DNA from: a virus
Taxonomy: Duplodnaviria > Caudoviricetes
Length of the DNA: 64,000 nt
IMG/VR virus record: IMGVR_UViG_3300033067_002132
Coordinates: 64,001-128,000 of that record
Direction: 5' to 3' (one strand)
Both the position numbers and the translations under genes were made by a program. Of the stretch, positions 19,366 through 29,444 are shown piece by piece. Below the pieces are notes generated by a model. That model had not been told where the DNA came from. It worked only from the letters and a program-made list of their open reading frames with translations, and searched no databases. Positions within the stretch are counted from its first letter, which is position 1, and the number at the start of each line of letters is the position of its first letter.

Positions 19366-20806
19366 ATGGAATATAAATATCTTCCCCATTACGACGATAA
19401 AACGTCAATAAGATTCGGCGAACTACCTTTGCCAAAGGAGATTTTTGCGCGGCAGGAATTAATGCGCGAAATTGGATTTACTGCGGGCGAGGAAGTTTGG
19501 AAGAAAGGGTATGGATACGTACCCATTTATTATTTCGTTCGCGAATTAACGAAAGACGAGCAAAATCTTTTGTGCCTTTGCCCCTTGACGGATGAGACGG
19601 CCGATGGTAAATTTCGTTCATGACGCCAATTACGCTGACCCCCGAGCAATTGCTTAACCTGCTTAAAGATTGCAAACGCGAAAGCGTTTTGTGCTGTAAT
19701 AGTTCGCTGCCAATTAAGCTTGTTTTGATCACTGAAATGCGTGAGGGACCGACAGGCTATTTGCCGCGCAGTATTTTCGGTGTTTATTACAAAAATCAAG
19801 TCGGGCGATTTTTTAATTCTTTGGAGGAAGCAATTGAATGCTATTGCCGAATTGAGAAAGCGAACGAAAGATTTCCTTGACGCTCAAAGACATTAGTTAA
19901 TACTCTCTCGCATGAACTCCACGATACTCAAAGTCTCTTATACTGGAACGCAGATTATCATCGCGAAAACGCTGGCCGCGATGCGAATTAAGAATCCCGC
20001 GCCGATTAAGTTCTATCCTACCAGAGCGGCGAGAGGAACTCATAACGTTGAGCGTATGTTCACGGTTTACCTTGAAGTTGAGACCACCACGGGGCGAATT
20101 CTGAGCGGCGGCGTGCAAGTTAACTAAATCTTTTATGGTAACAAAAACCTTTGCTTTCCTTCCTCTTAATAACAAGCAAGCAACGCCCGAATTTCGCTCT
20201 TTTATTTTGTCATTTATTGAAGGAATTAGAGTAGCGGAATCGGCACGCGGGCACGTTGTGCGAATTGAACCTACACTAAGCGGGGATTGTTCCGGTTGGT
20301 TGCTTGTATGCGAAGCGGAAATGGGAAAAGTTATTGGACAGTATTTGTCAAATCTCAATATTGAGCTTCGCGAGATTTGAAAACGCCCACTTGACAAAAA
20401 GCAAAGTCTCAGCTAACCTTTAGAAGTCGGTAGGAAAACAACGAAACGAAACAACACTATGAAGAACGAAACCTTTGTGAACAGTCTCTTGAATGCGTCG
20501 GTCCCTACGGGCAAGATCGATTTGGCCGCGGTCCAGGCGGCGATTCAGGAAAAGAACGATGAGAACAACCGCGCCAAGATCGAACGCGCCCGCAATCTTT
20601 TCGAACGGTTGAATGGGGAAGTCACGTCCGCCGTGGAAAGCCTGCGAATCATTCGTCAGCAGGAAAAGGAAGCGAAGCAAACCGTGATTCGGCATGCTGC
20701 CGCTTTCGCCACGTTCAAGGAAACGGGCGATCTCAATAAGGTCGCGGCGATCCTGTACCCCGGCGAGAAGATCGCGCAGGAAAATTTCGTCCGCCGATAT
20801 TCCTGA
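19366..20806 (+). other. Hypothetical CDSs (19366-19623, 19620-19880, 19912-20127, 20135-20380, 20459-20806)
   Basis: ORF track, + strand, several with their own promoters. Confidence 0.65.
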
Positions 20807-21097
20807 TCGCATAACAAACTCGACTAGGCGAGTATAAATAGATAATTAAGCCTAGTGCGTTTGCGGGTAAAACCCCGCAAGGTTTATGATATTAATTATA
20901 TATTATCTCCGAATTGCAAGTGCCTTGCGCCGCGCAATTTATCCCTGAAACAACAGGGGTTAAAAGCTTCAAGCTAAAGGAAAAAAAAGCCTTCGTGCTG
21001 TCGGTGTTTGTTTCCTTCGTTGAGTGGGGCGGGGAGAGAAATCTTCCCGCCTCATTTGTTTATTGACATGCGCGGTGCATTTAGCTAATTTGATCGC

Positions 21098-21607
21098 ATG
21101 CAAGACCTGACCGCTTCTCTCGCCGATAGTCTTTCACGCAAACACTATCGCAAGACGCCTGCCATGTTTTCCGTCATGACTCTGCGCGATAAACTTCCTT
21201 TCGATTCTAAGCCTCTCGCCGATGATCCTAATAAAATTGCCGATTATTGTCGCCAAGCAATTATTGGCAAAAAAGGGTACAATCCCGACGTGGAAAGTTG
21301 TTGGGTTATCGTAATGAATACGCGCCGACGAATTGAAGGGCATTTTCTAGTAGCAACAGGAACTCTCGACACTTTGTTAGTTCATGCTCGCGAAGTGTTT
21401 CGCGGCGCTATTCTTGCCAATGCTGCGGCGATTGTTCTTATGCATAATCACCCAAGCGGCGACCCGACTCCGAGCGAAGCTGATATCCGCGTGACCCGAG
21501 AAATGATTAGAGCGGGCCAACTACTAAAAATCGAAGTATTAGATCACGTAATTTTAGGAGAACCTAAGCATTGCTCGCTTAAGGAATTAGGGTATTTTAC
21601 TTATTAG
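21098..21607 (+). CDS. radC: RadC-like JAB domain protein
   Basis: E..W..NTRRR..GTLD..VHAREVFR.AI..NAAAIVLMHNHPSGDPTPSEAD..LDHVI. Confidence 0.92.
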   Translation: MQDLTASLADSLSRKHYRKTPAMFSVMTLRDKLPFDSKPLADDPNKIADYCRQAIIGKKGYNPDVESCWVIVMNTRRRIEGHFLVATGTLDTLLVHAREVFRGAILANAAAIVLMHNHPSGDPTPSEADIRVTREMIRAGQLLKIEVLDHVILGEPKHCSLKELGYFTY

Positions 21608-21656
21608 GCAAAATTTGCCTATTGACTTTTCATTTTCGTTCTGATAGCTTTAAATT

Positions 21657-22061
21657 ATGCAAATCGACAAGCAACTACTCATCGCCCGCAACACGCTTCT
21701 CAACCTGAACGAAGAGTTGGCTGGATATCGCATTTACTTCATGGGTGATAAATTCCGCGAGGATACCACGGTACAAGTTCATGAAATTCTTTCGCGAATT
21801 CTGATCCTTAAAGACCAAGTGGAAACCGCATTGGAAAGTGTCACAATGCCTTTCAAGGTTCAAGTGGCGGCGGGCGAATTGAATCCTGGCGATAAAGCTT
21901 TTTTGATCGAAACGAATCCCGAAATGGGAATGGAAGAAACCCTCGACTGGACCTGTACATATATCGGCCAAGAAAAGGTTCTTTTCGAATACGTAAAACA
22001 AGGAAAACAAACGAGAACCACAATGCGGAATAAAACTGAGATTGTTTGGAAACTGCGCTAA
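21657..22061 (+). CDS. Hypothetical protein (leaderless)
   Basis: TTGACT 21622 / TAGCTT 21645, ATG 6 nt later. Confidence 0.7.
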   Translation: MQIDKQLLIARNTLLNLNEELAGYRIYFMGDKFREDTTVQVHEILSRILILKDQVETALESVTMPFKVQVAAGELNPGDKAFLIETNPEMGMEETLDWTCTYIGQEKVLFEYVKQGKQTRTTMRNKTEIVWKLR

Positions 22062-22295
22062 ATTAAATTCGATTGAAAAATCCCCGATTCTAGAATTTAT
22101 TGCTAAATAAAAAGCCTACTCAAATTCCCTGGTTCTAGAAAGTCGCGCTAAATAAAAGTACGTAGCGCGGACCCTGGCCGATTGGGCGCATAGCGGGCCG
22201 AACTAGCCGGGGCAATTAGAGTAGAAACCCTTAAGAATTAAAACTATGGTAAAAACCCTTAAGAACAGGCGTTATGGTAAAAACAACTAAGATCA
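22055..22295. repeat. Intergenic imperfect direct repeats (45-bp and 28-bp periods)
   Basis: GCTAAAT at 22057/22102/22147; TTCTAGAA at 22088/22133; AAACCCTTAAGAA at 22225/22253; TATGGTAAAAAC at 22245/22273. Confidence 0.75.
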
Positions 22296-22367
22296 GCACC
22301 TAGAAGAAAAGAGCTAAGGAAAAGAACTATTGCAACGCCAATGGCTTTCTGCCAAGCTTTCGCTCCT

Positions 22368-22916
22368 ATGAATCCTATTGAAACCCTAAAGACATTCGCG
22401 CACAATCCTCCCGGATTTGCCAGTTTTACCTATACGGCAAAAGGTAGCGGGGAAACTGCGCGGCATACCGTCATCCTCGGATTTGACTACAACAAGAGTG
22501 TGGAAAAGAGCCTAACCGATTTGGCGTGCATTAATCGGGCGGATTTCCCCGCAATTTCGGATGAATTGTGGCCCGTTGCCGTTTCGGAAATTCGGGCCAG
22601 TCTCGAAAAGACGCTGGCCGCGCACGTAAGGGGCGAGCAAAACGCGGACTACACAAAAAAGGATCAGTATTTGTCCCTGGGGTTTTCTGGTATGCACGTT
22701 AACCTTAATGACGGAAGCCTACAAGTTTTCGGGCTGGCGCACGCTAAGACTGTCCTGGTGCCCGGCGAATATAAGCCCGTCAAATCCCGTCCCCTCACGC
22801 TGGCCAAGGAAGCCATCCGCAAGACGCTGGCCGTGGGAAAATTCCGCGAGTTTGCCTTTGACTCCGGGACGATACACACTGTCCGCATGAACGGTTCGAC
22901 CCTCGAAATCGAGTAG
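22368..22916 (+). CDS. Hypothetical protein (start corrected)
   Basis: ORF track; promoter TTGCAA 22330 / CAAGCT; GC-rich codons. Confidence 0.7.
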   Translation: MNPIETLKTFAHNPPGFASFTYTAKGSGETARHTVILGFDYNKSVEKSLTDLACINRADFPAISDELWPVAVSEIRASLEKTLAAHVRGEQNADYTKKDQYLSLGFSGMHVNLNDGSLQVFGLAHAKTVLVPGEYKPVKSRPLTLAKEAIRKTLAVGKFREFAFDSGTIHTVRMNGSTLEIE

Positions 22917-23347
22917 GGGGAAAGACTATGCTCTTTCTCCTAATCGTTATCATTATCATCCTTTGTGCCGCTTACCATGAATAGAATAAAAAACGCTATC
23001 CTAATTCTTTTTTGGGTAGGCGTAGGATTCGGCGTTATTTTCGTAGTTTTTACCTTTATTTCGAACCTTTATTCTTCCTAGTTATGAAGCTAACCTTTTG
23101 CCTTGTATGGGGTCGCAATCGCCAGTTTCGCCTAAGCGAGCAAGGCTTAGCTGTGCTGCGCGTCCTTCGTCCCTTTGGCCCCTTGCCGTTCCTGCGGTGG
23201 GATTCCGTTGTGCGATTCGATCCTGGCCTTGCGTTGCTTGCGTTGCTCTTTTCGCTCCTTTTCGCATTTACCTATTGACGGCAAAAACCGTGTCTGATAC
23301 CGTTTCCTTGTCGGTCGCAGAAACAACCAAAACAAATTAGATAGAAC

Positions 23348-24166
23348 ATGAAAGCCAAACTTTACTTGCACGCTGGCGGAGCCCTTACAACGTGGGACGC
23401 GCTTAATGCTCTGCCCACCCCGCCCGCGATTGGCAAACACGTCCCTGTTGGACACGCGGCCTTTTTGGACCGCATCGAAAGACTGTTGCCCGTGGACGGA
23501 TTCAGTGTGATCGAACGCCAGATTGCCGTCGCAAAGGACGGGGCGCGGATGTTTGCGCTCCTTCAACTAGCCCACCCTAGCCTAACGTGTGGCGATGGGT
23601 CAGGGTATATCATGGGTGTGCGAAACTCTCACGACAAGGCGTTTGCCGCTTCTGTTACCGTGGGCCGTTGCCCCTTCGTTTGCGATAATCTCGCGTTTTC
23701 GTCCGGGGCGGATGGTGTTGTCGTTAATCGGCGCCATATTGGGGGCGTGCATCGTGACTTGGGCGGAATGGTTATGGAGTTAATCGCGGGGCTCGCCGAT
23801 CGATTCCGGATTACGGATGCTCGGGACGCTTGTTATCGGGGCGCTACGCTTGACAATCGGGACGCTGATCACTTCGTTTTAGAGTTGTACCGCAACGGGG
23901 CGATTGGTTGGGGCGAAGCACGCCGTGTTCTCGCGGAGTACCACGGGACGGCCGTTAACCCCGACAAGGTTGAATTCCGTCATGCGGAATTCGAACCCCG
24001 GACCGCCTATTCTCTTTTCAACGCTTTTACGCAAGAATTGAAGGGAATTGACGACAAGGGTGTGGCCCACCCTAACGTTTGGGAACTCCCGAAGGCGACC
24101 GCAATCGCGTGCGAAGTGTTCGACCGCCTTTGCACCTTCAACCCCGCCGGGGCGATTGTCGTCTAG
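23348..24166 (+). CDS. DUF932-family protein
   Basis: H.PV.H; GVRNSHDKAF..G..PFVCDNLAF; RRH; TAYSLFNAFT. Confidence 0.8.
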   Translation: MKAKLYLHAGGALTTWDALNALPTPPAIGKHVPVGHAAFLDRIERLLPVDGFSVIERQIAVAKDGARMFALLQLAHPSLTCGDGSGYIMGVRNSHDKAFAASVTVGRCPFVCDNLAFSSGADGVVVNRRHIGGVHRDLGGMVMELIAGLADRFRITDARDACYRGATLDNRDADHFVLELYRNGAIGWGEARRVLAEYHGTAVNPDKVEFRHAEFEPRTAYSLFNAFTQELKGIDDKGVAHPNVWELPKATAIACEVFDRLCTFNPAGAIVV

Positions 24167-24240
24167 TGTGACTCACGGGGAAGGGGGCTTTCCCCCTTCC
24201 CCCCTCTCCTCAATTCCAATCTCTACCAACACTAAAAACC

Positions 24241-24552
24241 ATGAATTCCACCATCGCGAAAAATCTCGAAAACTGGCGTGAGTCCCGCGGGCTTAACATT
24301 CGCCGAAACGAAGTCAACCGAATCCTCGCTCAACGGGTCGCAAACGAAGCGGCAGAGAACGCCCGGCGAGCCGAGGAAGCCTTGCAAGCGGGGCTTGCGT
24401 CAGATCGGATCGAACGTGCCAAACGTATGGGGGCTACCCCGCCCGCTTCTGCTATCGACGTAAAGTTTCGGCGCGGGTCGGATGGAAGGGGCGGGCGTAC
24501 TTTCTGGGAATGGATTTTCCCCAAGCAAATCGAGACTGTCGCGGCCTATTAA
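24241..24552 (+). CDS. Hypothetical protein, last gene of the early region
   Basis: ORF track. Confidence 0.6.
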   Translation: MNSTIAKNLENWRESRGLNIRRNEVNRILAQRVANEAAENARRAEEALQAGLASDRIERAKRMGATPPASAIDVKFRRGSDGRGGRTFWEWIFPKQIETVAAY

Positions 24553-24573
24553 GTAAAAGCGCGTAGGCTATCG

Positions 24574-24603
24574 CCCCCTAGGTCACAAGCCTAGGGGGTT
24601 TTT
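24574..24603 (+). terminator. Rho-independent terminator
   Basis: CCCCCTAGG-tcacaag-CCTAGGGGG-TTTTT. Confidence 0.85.
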
Positions 24604-25271
24604 CTTATACCCCGCCAACGCTCTAGGATCGACGGAGAAGCGTTTTGATTGCGCGACGATACCAACAGAACGCCAACAATTAATGATAACGCCAGACAAA
24701 CCGCTGTAGCTACCCTATAGGCACGGTCGATAGCGCCGAAAGCCAACTAACTGTTAAAGGAAGCTAGGCAAAAAGTGCCGTTTTGAACTAAATGGGCGCG
24801 AATAAGAAAGATCACTAAGAAATTATGCCCCCCAATTTCTTAATTAATTTTAGTAGTGAAATTTCGTAGATGCCCCCGGGGAGGTCGAATTAACTCGCTC
24901 ATTATCATTTAAACCTTTTATTATATATTCTTTCTTTCCCCACATATATATAAATCATTAATAACGTATTATAATTTAATCTTTTATTGTATATATTACT
25001 CTCTATATCTTTATCTATTATTCCTCTTCTAAAAAGAAGTCGAAGTTATAGTTTTTTGTAAAAATGGCGGGGGTCATATTTATTCTATAGCTTTATTATA
25101 GATATAGGGGGGGTATTTCTTATTCTATATAGATTTAAAAATATTAATAAATATTAGTTTTTATAAAAATGGCCCGAAGTATATTTTTTATAGACCTTTG
25201 TTATAGATACTCTTTTTTTATTCTGTGTAATAATGTTTAGATTTCCGCCCGAATATATTTAATATAAAACA

Positions 25272-25893
25272 ATGAATACAGAAGAAAATGATGTTTTATG
25301 GAATCTTGCTAAGGAAAGTTTAGATGTACTTAAAGAACAAGATAAAAATGCGGCGCCATTAATTATAGTTGGATTTAATAATCAAACTACTCAGGTTTAT
25401 TCTTATACTCTTCCTTATCCCGGATTAACTTTATTAGATTATTCATTAATTCTTGGTTCTATTGCTAAGGATCATTTAAATACTTTTAATTATGATTCTA
25501 AAAAATTAGAACAAATAAAATTAGAAATCGCCCAAGGATTTATAGAAGGATTAAATTCAAAAAATGAAACGACTGAAACAAACATTTAAAATAGTTCTAT
25601 TGTTATTAATCACAATGAATCTTGGGGCCGATGATATTAAATTAGCCTGGGATTATAAAAGCAATTTACCTTTTGAGTTTTTTGAAATACAACGAAGAGA
25701 TTTATATTCTAATTCTTTCGAACCGATAGTAAGAACGACAAATACTTTTTATAGAGATACTAATGTTTTCAACCATAATATCTATGTATGGCGCGTTTAT
25801 ACGATATTTAAACAAGGATCTACGAATGTTTATTCAGATTCTTCTAATTATGTTACAAATACCGCGGATAAACATCAATATACCATAGATTAA
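25272..25893 (+). other. Two CDSs: hypothetical (25272-25589) and a secreted Fn3-like protein (25564-25893)
   Basis: Signal peptide followed by IKLAW..FEIQRR..FYRD..YVWRV..SDSSN. Confidence 0.6.
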
Positions 25894-25983
25894 TGTTTTT
25901 ACCTCTTTTTATAGTTGCTTGGATTCTTTTAGGGTTATTTAAAACTCTTTTCTCTAGTGTTTCTTATATTTCTTCTAATAACT

Positions 25984-26388
25984 ATGAATATTTACCCACA
26001 AGAACAAAACAAAAATCGATTAGTAAAAAATCTACCAAAAAAATACGATAAAGGATGGGGTTATGAATTATGGATTCATAATGATAATAATTATTGTGGA
26101 AAAATTCTTCATTTTTATGCGGGCGGACAAGGAAGTTTTCATTATCATATAGATAAAATAGAAACTTGGTATATTTCTTCAGGATCATTTAATGTTTATA
26201 TTATGGATACAGAAACAGCCGATCCATATTTAATACAATTAAAACAAGGAGATACATTGCATATTAATAGGGGTGTTCCACATAAAATTCTTTGTTTTGA
26301 AGAAGGTGATATATTTGAAATATCTACGCAACATTTTGAACACGATTCTTACAGAATTGGAAAGGGAAATTCACAATTAAAAAAATAA
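25984..26388 (+). CDS. Cupin-domain protein
   Basis: KGWGYELWI..YCGKIL..SFHYH..KIETWY..GD..H...H..EIST. Confidence 0.85.
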   Translation: MNIYPQEQNKNRLVKNLPKKYDKGWGYELWIHNDNNYCGKILHFYAGGQGSFHYHIDKIETWYISSGSFNVYIMDTETADPYLIQLKQGDTLHINRGVPHKILCFEEGDIFEISTQHFEHDSYRIGKGNSQLKK

Positions 26389-26428
26389 CTTTTTAGTTAT
26401 AAAATATATAGGAGTGTAAATTAATAAG

Positions 26429-27148
26429 ATGTCAAAAAAAGATCACTCAATTAGGGTTCCTCAACGAGATAAAATTAAAAATAATTTAAATATCAAGGAG
26501 AGAAACGATTTAACTGATAATCAAAAAAAATTTTTAGAAATTGCTCAATCTAATGAATGTAAAATGATGTTCGTTTCGGGTCCTGCGGGTGTGGCTAAAA
26601 CGTATTTGGCTGTTTTAGTAGCTTTAAGACTATTAAATGCGAAAAAAGTAAGTGATATTTTATATATTCGTAGCGCGGTAGAAAGTTCTGATCATAAATT
26701 AGGATATTTACCCGGCGAATCTGAAGATAAAATGTTACCATATATTCAACCTTTAATAGATAAATTAGATGAATTATTATCTAAGATAGAAACTGATGGA
26801 TTAGTTAAAGAACAGCGCGTAAAGGGTCAACCAGTAGGGTTTATGCGCGGATTAAACTGGAATGCTAAAGCTATTATAGCAGACGAAATGCAAAACTGTT
26901 CTTATAAAGAACTAGTTACATTAATGACAAGAGCAGGAGAATTTTCTAAAGTCTTTATATTAGGAGATCCTATGCAAAGTGATATTAATGGTAAAAGTGG
27001 ATTTAATCAAATGTATAATTTATTTAATACAGAAGAAGATAAGAAAAATGGAGTTTTCTGTTTTAAATTTACTAAAGATGATGTTGTTCGTAGTGGATTA
27101 GTTAAATATATATTGGAAAAACTAGAGTCTGTTACTGTTACAAAATAA
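26429..27148 (+). CDS. phoH: PhoH-family ATPase
   Basis: GPAGVAKTY, LGYLPG, FMRG, ADEMQN, LMTR.GE, GDPMQSD, DVVRSGLV. Confidence 0.93.
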   Translation: MSKKDHSIRVPQRDKIKNNLNIKERNDLTDNQKKFLEIAQSNECKMMFVSGPAGVAKTYLAVLVALRLLNAKKVSDILYIRSAVESSDHKLGYLPGESEDKMLPYIQPLIDKLDELLSKIETDGLVKEQRVKGQPVGFMRGLNWNAKAIIADEMQNCSYKELVTLMTRAGEFSKVFILGDPMQSDINGKSGFNQMYNLFNTEEDKKNGVFCFKFTKDDVVRSGLVKYILEKLESVTVTK

Positions 27149-27206
27149 ATAAAAGATTAGATAATTACGATTACTCATATATAATAAGTGTAACAACTTA
27201 TTGTTT

Positions 27207-27617
27207 ATGAGTAATTTTTCTTATTATTGTATGGAATGTGGTTCTCCTACCACAGAATTTAAACCAAAATTTTGTCCGTCTTGTGGAAAACCCTTTTTCC
27301 AAAGTAGTAATTCTTCTTCTAAACCAATAGTTCCTTCTACTATTAAACCTTCTAAAAAAGAAGAACCTCCTGATATTCTTGATGAAGACGATGACGATGA
27401 TTTTATAGAGGATAATAATAATCCTACGATTATAGAAAATGCTTCAGATTCTTTTGATTTACAAGATCTTGAAAGAAAAAGAGTAACATTAAAAGATTTA
27501 GAACATCAAGAAAAAATCGGATCTGTTAGAGATCCTATTAAAAAAGTATCTAAAAAACAAGCATTGGAGGAATTTAAAAAAGAAGCTAGTGCATCTTCTA
27601 GAGTAAATAAACGTTAA
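27207..27617 (+). CDS. Zinc-ribbon protein
   Basis: YCMECG..KPKFCPSCG. Confidence 0.75.
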   Translation: MSNFSYYCMECGSPTTEFKPKFCPSCGKPFFQSSNSSSKPIVPSTIKPSKKEEPPDILDEDDDDDFIEDNNNPTIIENASDSFDLQDLERKRVTLKDLEHQEKIGSVRDPIKKVSKKQALEEFKKEASASSRVNKR

Positions 27618-27619
27618 TT

Positions 27620-28309
27620 ATGGAAAAAAATTCATCTTTTGAGGAAAATATTTATTTAATTGATAAAGAAATACGTAAAAGAAAAGGAGAATGGACTTTA
27701 ACAGCGTTATCTTGGATGGATTTTGACGATATTTCTCAAATATTACGTATTCATATATACAAAAAATGGTTCTTATATGATCAAAAAAAACCATTAGGAC
27801 CTTGGATTAATACTATAATTACTAATCAAATTAAAAATTTAATTAGAAATAATTATGGTAATTATTCTAGACCTTGTTTAAAATGTGCTGCTTCTGAAGG
27901 AGACGATTTATGTAGTATTTATACAAAACAATGTAATGCTTGTCCTTTATATGCACATTGGGAAAAAAATAAAAAACAAGCTTATGATATAAAATTACCT
28001 GTTACAATAGAAAATCATACTAATGAAATTAGTGAAATGCCGAGCGAATCAATAGATATTGATTTAAATGCTAATAATATTCATGAATATATGATGAAAA
28101 ATTTAAAACCTTTAGAATTAAAAATATATAATTATTTGTATATAGAGCATAAAACAGAATTAGAGGTTGCTAAATTAATGGGTTATAAAACTAATGAAAA
28201 AGGAAGAAGTCCTGGATATAAACAAATTAAAAACATTAAAAAGAATATTATTATTAAAGTTAAAAAGGCTTTAGTCGATGGAGAAATAGAAATTATAAAA
28301 TATGGATAA
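27620..28309 (+). CDS. Phage sigma factor (candidate late sigma) with a Cys-rich insert
   Basis: Region-2-like DFDDISQ..YDQKKPLGPW..IITNQIKNLIR; CxxC..C..CxxC; HTH EVAKLMGY. Confidence 0.7.
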   Translation: MEKNSSFEENIYLIDKEIRKRKGEWTLTALSWMDFDDISQILRIHIYKKWFLYDQKKPLGPWINTIITNQIKNLIRNNYGNYSRPCLKCAASEGDDLCSIYTKQCNACPLYAHWEKNKKQAYDIKLPVTIENHTNEISEMPSESIDIDLNANNIHEYMMKNLKPLELKIYNYLYIEHKTELEVAKLMGYKTNEKGRSPGYKQIKNIKKNIIIKVKKALVDGEIEIIKYG

Positions 28310-29444
28310 TATTAAACAATTAAATAATTTATTAGATCAATCTCCTGAAGAAAGAACAGTTGAATTATCAGATAAACAGAAAAAAGATGTTTTAGAATTT
28401 TGGGAGAAAAATAAAAATCCTGAATGTGCTCCGGATTTAAAATCTCTTGTTGCAGTAGCTTGGGGCGATAAAGAAGATACAAGAAGTTGGAAAGGGCGTT
28501 TAGTAAGAGAATATTTAGTATCTAAACAAATAAAACCACGATTAACTCAAGAATACGTACCTAAAAAGAAAGAAGAATTAAAACCCGAAGAAAAAGAATT
28601 CGTTGCGAATAATTATCATCGTATGGGCGCATTAGAATTAGCGCGTACATTATTTAATAATGAGACATTATCTCCTTTACATAAAGAAACAAAATTAGTA
28701 ATCGATTATTTAAGCGAATTAAATCCAAAGGTTGGAGAACAAATAGAAGAAGATACAGGATTAGCTAGAGATAATTATAATCCGCCAAAATCATTACCCC
28801 AAGTATTAGGACGAGTAAATAAAAATGTTTATAATGGAATTGATGAAAAGAAAATTACCATTAAACAAAAAAAGCAATTATGGACGCTTGTTGGTTATTT
28901 ACATACGATGAGATTTAATTCTCAAATTAATACCTTTAAAAAAATAGAAGAACGTTTATTATTTGAATCGGAATTTATACGTTGTACTTATGATAAAGAT
29001 GATTTAAGTGAAGAAGAAGTAGATCAATATATTGTATATGCTACAGAGGTTTTAATTTCTCAATCTATTTTGAATCGAATAGAAACTCTTGAAATTAATC
29101 AAGATGAACAAATGGAAGAAAGAAGAGGACAAATTAATATTGGTCTTGTAGATGCCGTTAAATCGTTAAGAGATGAATATAATAAATGTATTAAACGCCA
29201 AAATGATTTATTAGAAGATCTAAAAGGTAAAAGAAAAGAACGAATTAATACTAAATTAAAAGAAACCGCGAGCGTATTAAATCTTGTTCAATTATGGAAA
29301 GAAGAAGAAACAAGAAAACAACTTATTGATCTTGCTAATAAAGAACAAGCTGATTTAAAAGAAGAAATAGAAAGATTATCTTCGTTAGACGAAGTAAAAG
29401 CAAGAATTATGGGTATTACAGAAGACGAAATTTTATTTGGTTAA
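28302..29444 (+). CDS. Hypothetical protein, candidate terminase small subunit
   Basis: Directly upstream of and overlapping terL; coiled-coil C-terminus. Confidence 0.45.
   Translation: MDNIKQLNNLLDQSPEERTVELSDKQKKDVLEFWEKNKNPECAPDLKSLVAVAWGDKEDTRSWKGRLVREYLVSKQIKPRLTQEYVPKKKEELKPEEKEFVANNYHRMGALELARTLFNNETLSPLHKETKLVIDYLSELNPKVGEQIEEDTGLARDNYNPPKSLPQVLGRVNKNVYNGIDEKKITIKQKKQLWTLVGYLHTMRFNSQINTFKKIEERLLFESEFIRCTYDKDDLSEEEVDQYIVYATEVLISQSILNRIETLEINQDEQMEERRGQINIGLVDAVKSLRDEYNKCIKRQNDLLEDLKGKRKERINTKLKETASVLNLVQLWKEEETRKQLIDLANKEQADLKEEIERLSSLDEVKARIMGITEDEILFG

Noticed and set aside
22055-22295. CRISPR mini-array
   Set aside because: Repeats are short and imperfect, the periods (28/45 bp) are too small, and no cas genes are present.
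14198-24524. Many overlapping and antisense ORFs in the ORF track (e.g. 14590-15045, 18159-18650, 19897-20397, 20420-20812, 23147-23566)
   Set aside because: They are shadows of + strand genes in the GC-richer DNA, with no promoters or motifs of their own.
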